This document shows, piece by piece, positions 20,136 to 33,987 of a stretch of 41,790 bases of DNA; the stretch's first letter is position 1; each line of letters starts with the position of its first letter. A model generated the notes under the pieces. It did not search any database, was not told the DNA's origin, and saw nothing but the letters and a program-made list of their open reading frames with translations. Source of the stretch: Octopus bimaculoides (Eukaryota); contig NC_068988.1 in NCBI RefSeq assembly GCF_001194135.2, positions 36,210,838-36,252,627 on the forward strand, read 5' to 3'. The translations under genes and the position numbers were made by a program.

Positions 20136-20494
20136 GCCAGCGGTGAGCAATTATTATTAGAGTATTATTACAGTTACGACTAAAGTGACTGCGTTCACAG
20201 GCACGCAGCAGCAATAACGGTATTTCTTGCACAATCACAAACACGAAATATGTTGATATTATCAAAACGTTGATGTTATCCCAGAAATATGCTAAGATAT
20301 TCTTCAATTCTTCAATGTTTCAAGCGTTATATAAAGACACAAGATAATTCAAGTGGAGTCTTTTCATAACATTGTGGTTTGCAGATTAGAACTGCCTTCT
20401 TGCATTTAATATTTTTCCAGGTAAATATTAAATTCAAATGTGTGCAGAATTATGTATGTATGTATGCATGTATGTATGTATGTATATGTATATT

Positions 20495-20670
20495 CTTTTT
20501 AGACTTTTATTCTTTTATTTATTTCAGTTATTTGACTGCAGCCATGCTGGAGCACCGCCTTTAGTCGAGTAAATCGACCCCAGAAATTATTCTTTGCAAG
20601 CCTGGTACTTACTCTATCGGATATTTTGCTGAACTGCTAAGTTACGAGGACGTAAACTCACCAAAACCAA
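20495..20670 (-). mobile_element. SINE family B 3' fragment
   Basis: ttttattc..tttcagttatttgactgcagccatgctggagcac..agcctggtacttactctatcgg..gctaagttacgaggacgtaaac. Confidence 0.75.
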
Positions 20671-21504
20671 TTTTTGAACAACTGCGCAACAGTCGTTATT
20701 AACATATTCGTGCATTGCAGATCAAGCACCTTTCAACGCAATCACACACTGTAGGTCCAATAAACAGGTATTGTTATGTATACAGACTTGCGTATATGTG
20801 TGACCTTAATATTACGTTCATGATATTACCGTTATATACGTTATAATATACATTATAAGGTATATATGTATATATACACTTTTAGATGAAAATTGATAGA
20901 CAGGTGGATAGATAGGTTGATAGATTGACGGACAAACATATATATGTATATATACATATATACCTTATAATGTATNNNNNNNNNNNNNNNNNNNNNNNNN
21001 NNNNNNNNNNNNNNNNNNNNNNNNNNNNNNNNNNNNNNNNNNNNNNNNNNNNNNNNNNNNNNNNNNNNNNNNNNNNNNNNNNNNNNNNNNNNNNNNNNNN
21101 NNNNNNNNNNNNNNNNNNNNNNNNNNNNNNNNNNNNNNNNNNNNNNNNNNNNNNNNNNNNNNNNNNNNNNNNNNNNNNNNNNNNNNNNNNNNNNNNNNNN
21201 NNNNNNNNNNNNNNNNNNNNNNNNNNNNNNNNNNNNNNNNNNNNNNNNNNNNNNNNNNNNNNNNNNNNNNNNNNNNNNNNNNNNNNNNNNNNNNNNNNNN
21301 NNNNNNNNNNNNNNNNNNNNNNNNNNNNNNNNNNNNNNNNNNNNNNNNNNNNNNNNNNNNNNNNNNNNNNNNNNNNNNNNNNNNNNNNNNNNNNNNNNNN
21401 NNNNNNNNNNNNNNNNNNNNNNNNNNNNNNNNNNNNNNNNNNNNNNNNNNNNNNNNNNNNNNNNNNNNNNNNNNNNNNNNNNNNNNNNNNNNNNNNNNNN
21501 NNNN

Positions 21505-21545
<41 letters not shown>

Positions 21546-22666
21546 GCTTGTGTGTTTGTGTGTATGTGTGTATGTGTGCGTGTGTGTGTGTGTGTGTGTG
21601 TATGTGTGCATGTGTGCGTGTGTGTGTGTGTATAGAGCCATGTATGTGTATATATTGCTTCCATGTATTGAACATAATATTCGTATCAGAGTTATTCTAT
21701 TCGGAAATTATATCTTTCTTTGAGGCTAGAGTATCTCACTAATAAGGTATTTATTGATATAAAATTCTTTGTTATATGAAAGAAACATGTCATTGCATAT
21801 TCAAGATTGAAGACTATTGTTTCATGTTGTATTCTGTTCCAGCTTGTATATTGTTAAATCATATCATAAAAAATATCGATTCTTTTGTTCAGTATTGGAA
21901 GCGGATGAGATCTCTGTATAATATCAAAGCTAAATCAGTTTTCATCATATAAAACTGAAAGATGAAATAAAGAAATAAAGAAATATATGAAATAAAGAAA
22001 TATATAAAACAAAGCCAGAAAGAAAGAAAATATAATGAAACACAGACAAAATACAGAGAGAAAACTAAAATCTAATGGAGAAAGAAATAATTGAACGAAA
22101 ATAAAATTGAAATGATTATAGCTTTGGACATTTCCTATCTAGACAGTCTTATTGGGTATTTTGAATGTTGTAGTTTTTCGTCTTCTACCATGAAATTTTA
22201 TTCAAATTTGTTTGTAAACAGATAATCCGAAGACATATAATGATAATACAGATTTAATTGCATTTACTTCATTGATATATAGACCAGTATTCACGTATAT
22301 AAGATGAATATAATATAAGCCCCGCATTCATATGTACAAAACGCAGCATAAAAATACGCAGAGATAAACATAGACGCATATGTTTACTTCAAAAAATAAG
22401 ATAACAAAACAAGATACTTGCGCACAAACAAACAAAGATACACTAGGGATATAAAAATTATATAGAATGCCGGCTTAAAATTTACATTGAAATAGGGAAA
22501 ATGATAAATATTTTATTAATTTTTGAATATTTGGATACATAGTTACTCGTCCATTTCTAAGAATTACAGAAATAAGCTCTAAGGAATCCATAAATATTTA
22601 TATAATGTAAAGCAATTTCATCTCTTGATTTATGTCTTATTTGTGTAGTACAGTACATAACTCACG

Positions 22667-22704
<38 letters not shown>

Positions 22705-22842
22705 NNNNNNNNNNNNNNNNNNNNNNNNNNNNNNNNNNNNNNNNNNNNNNNNNNNNNNNNNNNNNNNNNNNNNNNNNNNNNNNNNNNNNNNNNNNNNNNN
22801 NNNNNNNNNNNNNNNNNNNNNNNNNNNNNNNNNNNNNNNNNN

Positions 22843-22876
<34 letters not shown>

Positions 22877-22884
22877 ATGTGTGC

Positions 22885-22916
<32 letters not shown>

Positions 22917-24543
22917 ATATAAATACATACATACAACATTTTAGTAAAAAAACGTGTGGTATGCTATGCAAAGTCCATCCACAGTTATTGGCTACCGGAT
23001 AACCTCATACAGTGAGAAAGGTTTTGTTACTGGTAATACACCAGGAATTCTATAGTGTCCGTAGTGTTTATATTCATAGATGAATAAATATAAACTGGAT
23101 TGAACGCTATTCTCTACATAAAATCATTACAGTAGTTCTCAGACATCGCTACACGCATAGTACATTGGGAAACGATATGATTAACATTAGCTAATATATT
23201 GTGTAATCAGTATCATCCATTAAAATTGTAATATGTGTTTCTTCATGTGATTATTTCAAACAAGTCCTTTGCTAGATCATACTGACTTCTCACTCTGTAT
23301 GAGAATCAGTATACAAGGCAGTGTCCTATTTCAGCAATACCTACACAAATCTAGTGTTGTCCCATACAAATCTTATTTATTCAATCCTTTCGACGATACC
23401 ATTATTGTTGAACATATTGTTTGAACCACTGCATTAACATCTCTCGTTGTTCTCCCTTCAAGTATCAGTCAGCATAAATTTAAGCGACATATCATATGTG
23501 TCAACTTTACCAGCCTCATACCGCTATTTAGGTCCTACCTTATACATATTTTGTGAATAAATTAATATAATTTATTATAACAGTTATTGTTTTATCTACA
23601 TTTATACTTTTCACATGTCCCATCGAGTTGTAATTGCGAATATTGCATTATTCTAAATAAATTCTCCTGCATTGTACTGAAACTTTAATATGAGTTCAAT
23701 ATTACATCAACCATACTGGATATGATTTATGTATACATATATCGCTAATATGCTATCTTCCATCCCTTCTCATTTATTGTTGAGTGTTTCTGTTAATATG
23801 TTCCTTTAAAATCAGATATACCTTCAGAATGTGTCTTGCGTTATATCCTTCTATGCAACAAACATCAAAGGTGCAAGGCAAATTCCATACGAAACCGGAT
23901 TCATACATCTGTAGGTAAAATATCCTTGGATGAAATACGGAATTTTCAAATTCACACTCAATACTTGTCATAAATATTTAAAATCAAAATTGAACAATCA
24001 CACGCACTGTCAAAACACAGTTAAGCATTCGCTAAATCGCCTAGAAAATACATTATACGACACAATATATATCTTATTCAATACCAAATACGACCAACAA
24101 AAGTCTAAATAATTCATCTTGTTAGTTAATGCAATCATTGCAACTCAATAATTTATCACAATTTTGGAGTCAGACTTTCATATCACAGCAATATCTCATT
24201 ATAAACAAGCCAGAAGTTCTATGAAAATATAACATTTCTGCAACAGTTCACATAACGCCAGACTAGTTTATGTATGATATCGGCCTACAAATAATTTATT
24301 ACTTTCCAATATAAAGTATGAAGATTTGTTGCAATAAGCCAAAGAAAGAGAGAGTAGAATGGCGAATGGGCGACAGAGAGGTAAGACGAACGAAGATATA
24401 GACAGAGAAAAAGAAATAAAAGTGAGAGAAGAAAAAGATAGCCATTGATGTGTAGACATATGCATATTCTTACATATATGAACTCACGCAGTCACATACA
24501 TTCACACAAACACACACTCATATAGATGTGTGTTTGTGCGTGC

Positions 24544-24601
<58 letters not shown>

Positions 24602-26204
24602 TTCCAACCCAATTATTGAACAGCTTTAATATTCTATATTTTTCAGCGAACCTCTTCTGTGTAAGCAGACATCTTTTCAATTTCAATGTTAACAGCATTG
24701 CCGTTTAAGAGATCGGACTAAATAGATGGAGAATGACACTGATATATGATAAAATATAAAGTGCAATCTGTTCTTAAACAAATAATCCTTGGAAGGAATG
24801 GACACTAGGAAAATGTGGTAACAATCTTTCAATTTGATTCAGTAGCAACAAACAACTAAATTATTACCCAATCTGGTAATATTAGTACTTTCTGGCCTTC
24901 AGCAAGAATATGTTTTAATAAACTGAGATGCATATGCCATTTTTCTCATGTATTCATTTTAGGAAAATCTGATGAGTTAAAAATGCACAAAGGTATGTTT
25001 ATGGGTTAAAAATGTATGCAAAAGGGAATGATAGATGACACTCCCATAATGGAACAACAATCAAATCAAGATCAAATACCCTCTTCTCAATCAGTGACAA
25101 GTGATCTCTGCTTGATGATGTTTCTGGTTTCAAAAACTTGCTGGGACAAGGCTGACAGTCGGATCATACGTAGCAATACACGATGATAAATGTTCGCAGG
25201 TCAGTAATACTCAAACAGAATAAATTTATCCTGAACAGAATTTTCAGTAATCAGAGTTAGCTCTGATAAATATAGGCAGTATGGTTTAAGCCAATGACTA
25301 TAGTGGTAAAAAAAAAAAAGCTAAATAAATACGATACTTTGAATTTATCATCTTTCAACCCATTGAATTAAGATAAAATGGGATAATGTGAATAATTTGT
25401 GCAGCGTAAATGGGAAAATTTAAGGGACATTGTTAAAAATGTTACTAGAAAGTTTATAAACCCAAGAATAAATAGGACAAGAGTGGAAAGATTAAAAGTA
25501 AACAAATAAAAAGGTAAAAAATAAGAACGGACTTTCCTGTTAGGCTCCCATCTTCCATTTCTTTTCAGTTTTTGTTCTAAAGGAATTCAGATTGAGTGTA
25601 TTCGTGTAGTTTTGTATGGTAATCGTTGACATGAAAGTTATAGCTATTAACATTATATAACAATTTATAGCTATTAACAACAGTTTGTTAATAGATTGTA
25701 AAGTTTGCGAGTTTTGGGTAATTTTAGTCAATCGAAAGCCACGGACATATAGGTGCCTCTTTCCATGTAGACATTCCGCGGTTACTAATAGCTTAAGACA
25801 CATGGGCTGTGAAGTAGTCGTGAGATGTGCAAAGAGTAATAGCTAAATAGGTCTTAAAGCACATACCAATTTTGCTGTTGTTCTTTTAACATGAACGCAT
25901 GAATTCCACTGAGTAGAATATATATTTTCAAAGGTCTTATAAAAATCCCCCCCTCCCCAAAATAGTTATGAGGCATTTTATGGCCTGCATAAAGCAGAAT
26001 TCTGCGAATATTTCATTTTTTCCCACACTTAATAGCTTCTAAATCCTGTTTCCTGACTGGGTAAAAATTATCAACTTTTAAGCCTCAGTAACTTGTTTTA
26101 GTGAATTCGCCTCCTGAAATTCAGCGTGAAAAATACACTAAATTATAAAATTTGCACTAAACTTCAAAATATCCACAGGTGCAGGCAAACAGAAAAGATT
26201 CAAT

Positions 26205-26428
26205 AAGAAAATTAAAATTTAAAAAAAATACTAAAAGATAAAAGGACAACAGCAAATTAACACACAATACCTGAATCCAATAGAATAACATCTCTACCTG
26301 CTTTTGACTTTTAGTTTATCTTTCTAGATAAACGTCCAACAGCAACATACAACCTGAAAAGAGACGATGGTAAACAACCTAAAGTTAAGATTTACGCTAA
26401 CCACAAGAGTTAGTGGTCAATATCAAAT
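26205..26428. repeat. Unclassified interspersed repeat X, copy 2
   Basis: Homologous to 18750-18968, same orientation, both preceded by A-rich sequence. Confidence 0.75.
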
Positions 26429-27676
26429 TTCAAGACACTTTCTAGATAATATGTGACCCAAGGTTTTGAGAGAGCTGACCTAATTACAGACACCAAGGCC
26501 ACCGAAATTTATTACTGCCCCATTTCTTCCATCCTGTACTTCTTTCTCTCCTTTTGCTCTTCTCTTTCGGCTTAAGCTTTCTTTCCCTCTTTTCCTTTTC
26601 TTTCACCCACCTTATACACATACACACTCACACTCTCACATACATTCACACAAAAGCACACATAGAGAAATACTCTCTCACACATACACACACTCACACG
26701 AACGCACACACACACTAAATCAGATTAACATTAATATAAATAAAAGATACTGTTACCATTGAGAAACACAAATAAAAGCTAATACTTATCTGTAAAGGTA
26801 AATCTCTTTTTAGGATCTTTTCTGTTAGGTTGCCAACGGCTCCAAAAGTTTACCGAAACTTTACGGTTTGGTACAATAATACACTTGCCCAAACTGAACT
26901 GCTGGAGTTACTTCATTTTTTCCAGAAAAATATTTTGAAAATGTTATAGCGGTTTAAAGTTTGATAATCTTCACCCAGTCAGAAAATAGGATTTGGAAGG
27001 TATCATTTTGTACTTGACTGATATTGCCAGGCTGAGTAAAACAAATTGTCATGGAATCAGTCGCTCTCCGACAGGTTCATGAGTCACGCTTGTGACAATT
27101 GATTTCTCCGGCATTCTTGACCCTCGAATCATATTCCTGCACACCGTTGTCGGTGTGGAGATTACTGTCCGCAAGTGTGAGCCCCATGAATCAGAGTGAA
27201 TGTTCTAGCATATCTCCCTCGCAGACCCCCGGAGCAACGCCTTTCCCAATTTGTCTGCTGGTGCCATGAAGAATGTCATTCAATGACTTAAACCAACTGT
27301 TAGTTCTCTTCCTGCATACTAGAACATTTGGACTGACTTGTAGATTATTAGGCAATAATTTAAAAACTGTTATGAGACACATATAAGAAGAATATTTTCG
27401 AGTTTTTTCCGTCATGCATACCCCAAATAAAGCACGAGGTTTTAGACCACAAGAAGAAGCATAATTGCGCTGCATGATGATTGATAACGCCTCTAATTCG
27501 CTTCAGTACAGGCTTCGGATAATGTTTAACATTTGTGCGTGAGGTTAAGATCTAGCTGGCGACTATTTGCTAAGTAATACTAACGAAATTGATCTCAAAA
27601 TTAATGTTAGAATTTTCCTCCAAACCATTCAGTTATTTCAAATCTTTCAGTTATTTCCTCCATACATTTTTTTTTC

Positions 27677-28227
27677 TTCCCTTTGAAATGTTTTAACGTT
27701 GTGGTTTTCGGTCGTTTTTGACTGTCTTATAGCGTGTAGAAATTGCCTGTTATAGGTAATTTCTCTTAGATTTTATATTGAATATGTTGTATATTGACTT
27801 TTTTACATGCTAGGTCACTGGTAGTAAAATTTTGTTTAGTTTTGCTACCCTTTATATATATACTCTAGTACTTGATATTTCAAAGTTCATTTCGGCAGAT
27901 TTCCTTTTCTGCCGACTGAAACTGCGTCTGCGCAGTGAATTTTGAAAAAATTATAACGAATATCTGGAAGACATGTGCGTTTTGCCTTTTGTCTCGTAGT
28001 TATACGTTGATCTTTGACGACTGGTTACTGAAGAGAATTTGCCTAGTAAGTTTTTAATTTACTCAAAAAATTCAAAACCTATAGGTCTAACCGTTAAAAA
28101 TAAAGTAAAAGTTTTTATTTTTTATTCCCTTTCAAATGTTTTAACTTTGCGGTTTTCGGTCGTTTTTTACTGTCTTCTAGCGTGTAGAAATTGCCTGTTA
28201 TAGATAATTTCTCTTATATTTTATATT
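27677..28227. repeat. 103-bp direct repeat at 448-bp spacing
   Basis: 27677-27779 versus 28125-28227 shows 7 mismatches by manual alignment; the second copy runs into (TA)n and a gap. Confidence 0.9.
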
Positions 28228-28311
28228 ATATATATATATATATATATATNNNNNNNNNNNNNNNNNNNNNNNNNNNNNNNNNNNNNNNNNNNNNNNNNNN
28301 NNNNNNNNNNN

Positions 28312-29083
28312 GTGAAGTACATTTGCCAACTAATTGTAACGGTCCTATAGAAGACAATGCTACTGTTGTTTTTAGCCCCAGGGGAACATTGTCTGTAACT
28401 GATTAGTAATTGCGAAGGGAAATCATCGCTCCCATTTGTAGCCTTCCGTGATACACACAAACCCGGGCTTTTAAGAAGTAACCCGTCATCAGCGTGATAA
28501 TCACCAGCCAACGATGAGAACTCATTCCAAATGCAAAATGCTATATGCTTTTTCCTGTGACAAACTGTCACTGATCTCGAAAAAGGAGAAACAAGCAATA
28601 TTAAATCTTTGAGCGAGAAGTAAACACTAGCAGTACGGAATTGTGAAGTATATTTGCAAATTAAATCTGGCGGTTCCATACAGGACGATGCTACTGTTGC
28701 TCTTCTCAATCAGAGATTCATTATTGCTTGTTTCTCATTTTTCGAGATCAGTGACAAGTTTTCACTGGAAAAAGCATGTAGTACTTGGCGTTTGAGTTTT
28801 TATCGCTAGCTGGTGGTTATCATACACTGATGACGGGCTACTACCCAGTAACCTGGGTCTGTGCGTATCACGCAAGGCTAGAGATGGGAGTGATGATGTC
28901 TCTTCGCAAATACTAATCAGATACAGTGTGTCGTTCGCCAGCTAGTAGAGATGTTCTCCTTGGGCTAAAAGCAACTGTAGGATCGTCCTCTATGGGGCCG
29001 TGACATTTATTTGGCAAATATACTTCATGATTCCGTGCTGCTAATGTTTACTTCTCGCTCATAGATTTAATATTGCTTATACA
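28312..29083. repeat. ~331-bp unit present as a tandem partial array and an inverted copy (fold-back)
   Basis: Unit start gtgaagta(c/t)atttgc at 28312 and 28643. 28699-29083 is a diverged reverse-complement copy (e.g. ctgatctcgaaaaa.gagaaacaagcaata versus tattgcttgtttctcattttttcgagatcag). Pivot near 28700. Confidence 0.88.
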
Positions 29084-29114
29084 TACACACACACGCACAC
29101 ACACACACACACAT

Positions 29115-29595
29115 ACACACATGCGCCAAAAGTAGATAGACAACACATAAAACTTCGTTTTATGTTTATTCTAACTCGTAAAGGTTTATATTTTTTATTG
29201 ATAGACAATTTTATGTTTAAGGTTCTATATGTGAATTTTTTTATCATGTAATATACAAAAGAAGTCTTGGAACTGTTTGAATTTCAAAGAGGCTATATTA
29301 TGAGTCATTCTAAAGGCGGACATATTCAGCGTAAAATCGCAGTAGACATTGCGAACCCGTTCTCTATAGATAATAGAGTGATTGTGCAATTATTCATCAG
29401 AGAGGGGAAAGAGTTCACATCACCTCACTCGGATCAACCAAGGACCCTTCGCTTTGCCATGAGAAGTGGGAAGGATAATCGTTGTTGCAAGCCCTTTAAC
29501 ATTGATGAACAAGTTGATGTCCGTGCCAGAACATCTGTCAAGTATCTCCATAAACTTGGTTACTATGGCAGAGCAGCCAGAAAGAAAGAAGCTAC
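29115..29595 (+). mobile_element. Tc1-like transposon 5' remnant
   Basis: TIR-like atgcgccaaaagtagatagaca; ELFEFQRGYI..QRKIA..RVI..F.REG..PRTL..ARTSVKYLHKLGYYGRAARKK (paired-like HTH and GRAARKKP motif). Truncated by a SINE. Confidence 0.8.
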
Positions 29596-29613
29596 ATCAA
29601 GCGGAGAAAAGAT

Positions 29614-29708
29614 TGGGCTATAGTAGAAGACACTTGCCCAAGGTGTCATGCAGTAGGACTGAACCCAGAACCATGTGGTTGGTAAGCAAGGTACTTACCA
29701 CACAGCCA
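29614..29708 (-). mobile_element. SINE family B 5' fragment
   Basis: gctatagtagaagacacttgcccaaggtgtcatgcagtaggactgaacccagaaccatgtggttggtaagcaaggtacttaccacacagcca. Confidence 0.85.
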
Positions 29709-30070
29709 TATAAAGCTAAATATAACTGCATAAATAAAATGCACGAATATAGACCCATAGACGTAAATAAATCATTGTACTCACACAAACAGAAACGCAT
29801 AGGCGAGTTACGCTTTAGTGCTCGCAAAATGCAAATCCATTTACACTGAGAAATATATTTCGGAGACAAATGCTATTATATATGTCTTTTCTTTACAGAC
29901 ACTTGTAAGAAATTTCCACACCATTGCAATTATCCAGCACGAGATCCAAGTATGTGTCCTGATGGATACTTTCCGCCTTATGTACTTCTAAATACTAAGA
30001 TGAAGGAAGGGCATCTTCTTAATATTTCACCTGTAACGTGGTAATGTTGTACCAAGATATTAAAGTTATT

Positions 30071-30335
30071 AGGCTCGTGACTTAGAGGTTAATGTGTTGG
30101 ATGCACCATCACAAGATTGTTCCTGCTGACTTAGCTGGCATAAATGAGTAATCCGGTGGCGTATCAGCGTCCCGTCCAGAGAGGAATATACATGTCATAG
30201 AAACCGAGAAAGCAGACCTATGCACCTTACAGAGTTATGTGGACCAAACCAGTACATGACTGGTGGGTTGTTTTCACTGACAGTGCTCCAGCATGATCAC
30301 AACTTTAGGGCTGGAATGTATAAAAGTGTAAAATA
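30071..30335 (+). mobile_element. Degenerate SINE remnants (tRNA-like head plus family-B-like tail)
   Basis: aggctcgtgacttagaggttaat head, cagctggcataaatgagta-like segment, gtgctccagcatgatcaca..ataaaagtgtaaaataa tail. Confidence 0.45.
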
Positions 30336-30845
30336 ATATCCATTTTAATATGTTAGTGAGACTCATGATTATTCTAACGTTCCATCCAATGTAAATGTTG
30401 ATCGATGAATGATTTAATCTGTTGGAGATTTCTGGTAGAATAAATTAGCCATATTATAACCATATAACCATATTTGTTACGTTTCAAAAATATTCCAAAT
30501 ATTGCTGTATATAAATATTTTTAGCATTATCGAAAATGATGATCTCCGATGACTATTCTGTACGAATATTAGGAAAACATATTTGATTTTTAAATAATTC
30601 ATATATAAAGAATTATATCTTGGAGAAAAATAATAAAACGCTCACTGTATAATTATGTAAAACAAATGCTTACATAACCTATTTGGAAATAAATTATCTT
30701 TTATCTTCCATTTTTTAATTATTTTACTCTTTCTTTTTAAGCTATGCTCTCTTTCTACACAGACATAAATACACACACACAACCACGAACACACGCATAC
30801 GCACATAAATATATATATATGATGCTTATATACGACAAACATCTT

Positions 30846-30935
30846 TCAGTTTTCGTCTACCAAAGGTACTCAAAATTTTTGCCAGCTCGGAGCAATACCA
30901 GAAGACACCCAAGCTGCTACACAGCGGGATTAAAC
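30846..30935 (-). mobile_element. SINE family B degenerate fragment
   Basis: tttcgtctaccaaa..gaagacacccaagctgctacacagcgggattaaactcgg resembles the reverse-complement head. Confidence 0.55.
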
Positions 30936-31475
30936 TCGGTAATGGAAATGATTAAAGGAATATAAAGCTGGTTACTGATATCTTTATCAAGATGAATTTT
31001 ATTTTCCAAAGATATTAAGTCTGAATTTAGCATTTTGATATACCCTTACACATCTGCAGTATATGGTTATATTCTTAAAATCTTAATGAATAAAAACTTA
31101 ATGAATAATATTGTTGGCAAGGGGAATACATATATCAACAAGAGAAAATAACTGTATTGCTTAATGTTTTCTAAAGAGCTAGAGAAAACATGAACATGGC
31201 ATCTTTTATTATTGATTAATGTAACCTAAGATAATATTTTATAATGCTCTCAGTTCAATAATTCCGTTAAAATATTTCGTCTGACAGTAAAGTTCATAAG
31301 TTAGTTGTGTAATGAAGAATTTACTGTTTGACTGACTCTAATTCCAAACCACTTATGCTCGATGCACTTGAAAACTCATAAAGAACCTGAAAATCATATA
31401 CGAATACCAGTGGCATTGGTTTTGCTTTCAGATGTATATACATATTTACATACATACTTACATATATATACATAC

Positions 31476-31507
<32 letters not shown>

Positions 31508-31744
31508 NNNNNNNNNNNNNNNNNNNNNNNNNNNNNNNNNNNNNNNNNNNNNNNNNNNNNNNNNNNNNNNNNNNNNNNNNNNNNNNNNNNNNNNNNNNNN
31601 NNNNNNNNNNNNNNNNNNNNNNNNNNNNNNNNNNNNNNNNNNNNNNNNNNNNNNNNNNNNNNNNNNNNNNNNNNNNNNNNNNNNNNNNNNNNNNNNNNNN
31701 NNNNNNNNNNNNNNNNNNNNNNNNNNNNNNNNNNNNNNNNNNNN

Positions 31745-31807
<63 letters not shown>

Positions 31808-32623
31808 GCGCATAGTTGTCTTACAATCCGTAAGTTATAGAAAGGCAGGAGCTGGTATATATGTCCACACAACAGTTATATTAACATTTATAATATACAG
31901 TATTATAGATTTATTTAAATCGAACCAGGTTTCGCATACGATGTACCGGAGATTCTAAGTCGGTGCTAATCAGGTGATCATCCTCTGCCTAATGATCTAA
32001 GAGAATGATCACATAAGCCTAATCACATGATCATTCTCTGCCAATCAAATTGTATCGTAAACAGATACTTATTTCAGCCATGTTATATCTATAAAAAGAA
32101 GAGAATTTTTGAACGATAGTCAGGAGAAAGACGGTCGCAGCATATAGCCATGTCTTTCATATTCTGAACATTTGAAAATCATAAAAATCTGTGAAACCAG
32201 TCAAGCCTTTAGAAACAAGCCATTTAGATGTCTCCCAGTGTATTTTCATATTCTGATATATGCATATATGCATGTCTATGTATGCATGTATGTATGTATG
32301 TACGTATATATATATGTTCATACATATGTATTTACGTATGTACGTATGCACATATATATGTATATTTGTGTATATATGAATATAATCAAAGGAGACTAGC
32401 AATATATTTCCTCGAAAAAAAAAAAGAAAGGGAATAATTTGGTTAAAGAATAGATATTTTCAAACAGTGTTACTATTCAATCTACCCAAGGAGTTGCATT
32501 CTATCCCAGGTAATATTTGCACAATAACTTAATATAATCGCCAACCTATATAATACACACAGACAAACACACAAACAACACACACACACACACACGCTCA
32601 CACACACTCAAACACACACTCAA

Positions 32624-32666
<43 letters not shown>

Positions 32667-33556
32667 NNNNNNNNNNNNNNNNNNNNNNNNNNNNNNNNNN
32701 NNNNNNNNNNNNNNNNNNNNNNNNNNNNNNNNNNNNNNNNNNNNNNNNNNNNNNNNNNNNNNNNNNNNNNNNNNNNNNNNNNNNNNNNNNNNNNNNNNNN
32801 NNNNNNNNNNNNNNNNNNNNNNNNNNNNNNNNNNNNNNNNNNNNNNNNNNNNNNNNNNNNNNNNNNNNNNNNNNNNNNNNNNNNNNNNNNNNNNNNNNNN
32901 NNNNNNNNNNNNNNNNNNNNNNNNNNNNNNNNNNNNNNNNNNNNNNNNNNNNNNNNNNNNNNNNNNNNNNNNNNNNNNNNNNNNNNNNNNNNNNNNNNNN
33001 NNNNNNNNNNNNNNNNNNNNNNNNNNNNNNNNNNNNNNNNNNNNNNNNNNNNNNNNNNNNNNNNNNNNNNNNNNNNNNNNNNNNNNNNNNNNNNNNNNNN
33101 NNNNNNNNNNNNNNNNNNNNNNNNNNNNNNNNNNNNNNNNNNNNNNNNNNNNNNNNNNNNNNNNNNNNNNNNNNNNNNNNNNNNNNNNNNNNNNNNNNNN
33201 NNNNNNNNNNNNNNNNNNNNNNNNNNNNNNNNNNNNNNNNNNNNNNNNNNNNNNNNNNNNNNNNNNNNNNNNNNNNNNNNNNNNNNNNNNNNNNNNNNNN
33301 NNNNNNNNNNNNNNNNNNNNNNNNNNNNNNNNNNNNNNNNNNNNNNNNNNNNNNNNNNNNNNNNNNNNNNNNNNNNNNNNNNNNNNNNNNNNNNNNNNNN
33401 NNNNNNNNNNNNNNNNNNNNNNNNNNNNNNNNNNNNNNNNNNNNNNNNNNNNNNNNNNNNNNNNNNNNNNNNNNNNNNNNNNNNNNNNNNNNNNNNNNNN
33501 NNNNNNNNNNNNNNNNNNNNNNNNNNNNNNNNNNNNNNNNNNNNNNNNNNNNNNNN

Positions 33557-33987
33557 AATTGGATGGGGTGGAGTGGGAAGGTAGAGTAGGAGTGTGTTGG
33601 GGTGGGGTGGGATGAGCTTATGAGGGAGGGTTGACGATGAAGGGGGAGGGGTGGCGATGAAGGGGAAGGGGAAGGTGGATAAAAGAGAGGGGGAAGGTGG
33701 GTATGGGAGGAGGGAGAAGGAGAGGAAGAGAAAGAGAGTAAGAGAGAAGAGAGTGAGAGTAAGAGAGAGAGAAAGAGAGAAGAGAGTGAGAGAGAGAGAG
33801 TAAGAGAGAAGAGAGAGAGAGAGAGTAAGAGAGAACAGAGTGAGAGAGAGTAAGAGAGTAAGAGTGAGAGAGGGGAGAGTAAGAGAGAAGAGGGTGAGAG
33901 AGTAAGAGAGTAAGAGAGTAAGAGAGAGGAGAGAAAGAGTAGGGGTGAAGAGAAGTGGGAGTGAAGAGAAGTTGGAGTGAAGAGAAG
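33557..33987. repeat. Polypurine low-complexity tract: G-run-rich segment, then degenerate (AGAGT/AAGAG)n
   Basis: Direct reading; almost no C on the plus strand; flanked by gaps. Confidence 0.9.

Noticed and set aside
23200-23520. QGSVL...FDDT on the plus strand, as a possible ancient CR1/L2 RT
   Set aside because: Only two short motifs with atypical spacing and no convincing flanking domains; a profile search would be needed.
24780-25230. LRCICH and LTVGSYVAIHDD peptides reminiscent of DNA-transposon C-terminal domains
   Set aside because: Different frames, many stops and weak similarity; cannot be supported by eye.
26980-27560. GC-richer, coding-looking stretch
   Set aside because: All six frames carry stops and I recognise no motif or paired splice sites; could be an old TE remnant.
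28827-28870. CTGATGA followed by cggg..ccc in the 331-bp repeat, as a possible hammerhead
   Set aside because: No GAAA after the putative stem II in either copy, and no stem III or NUH site.
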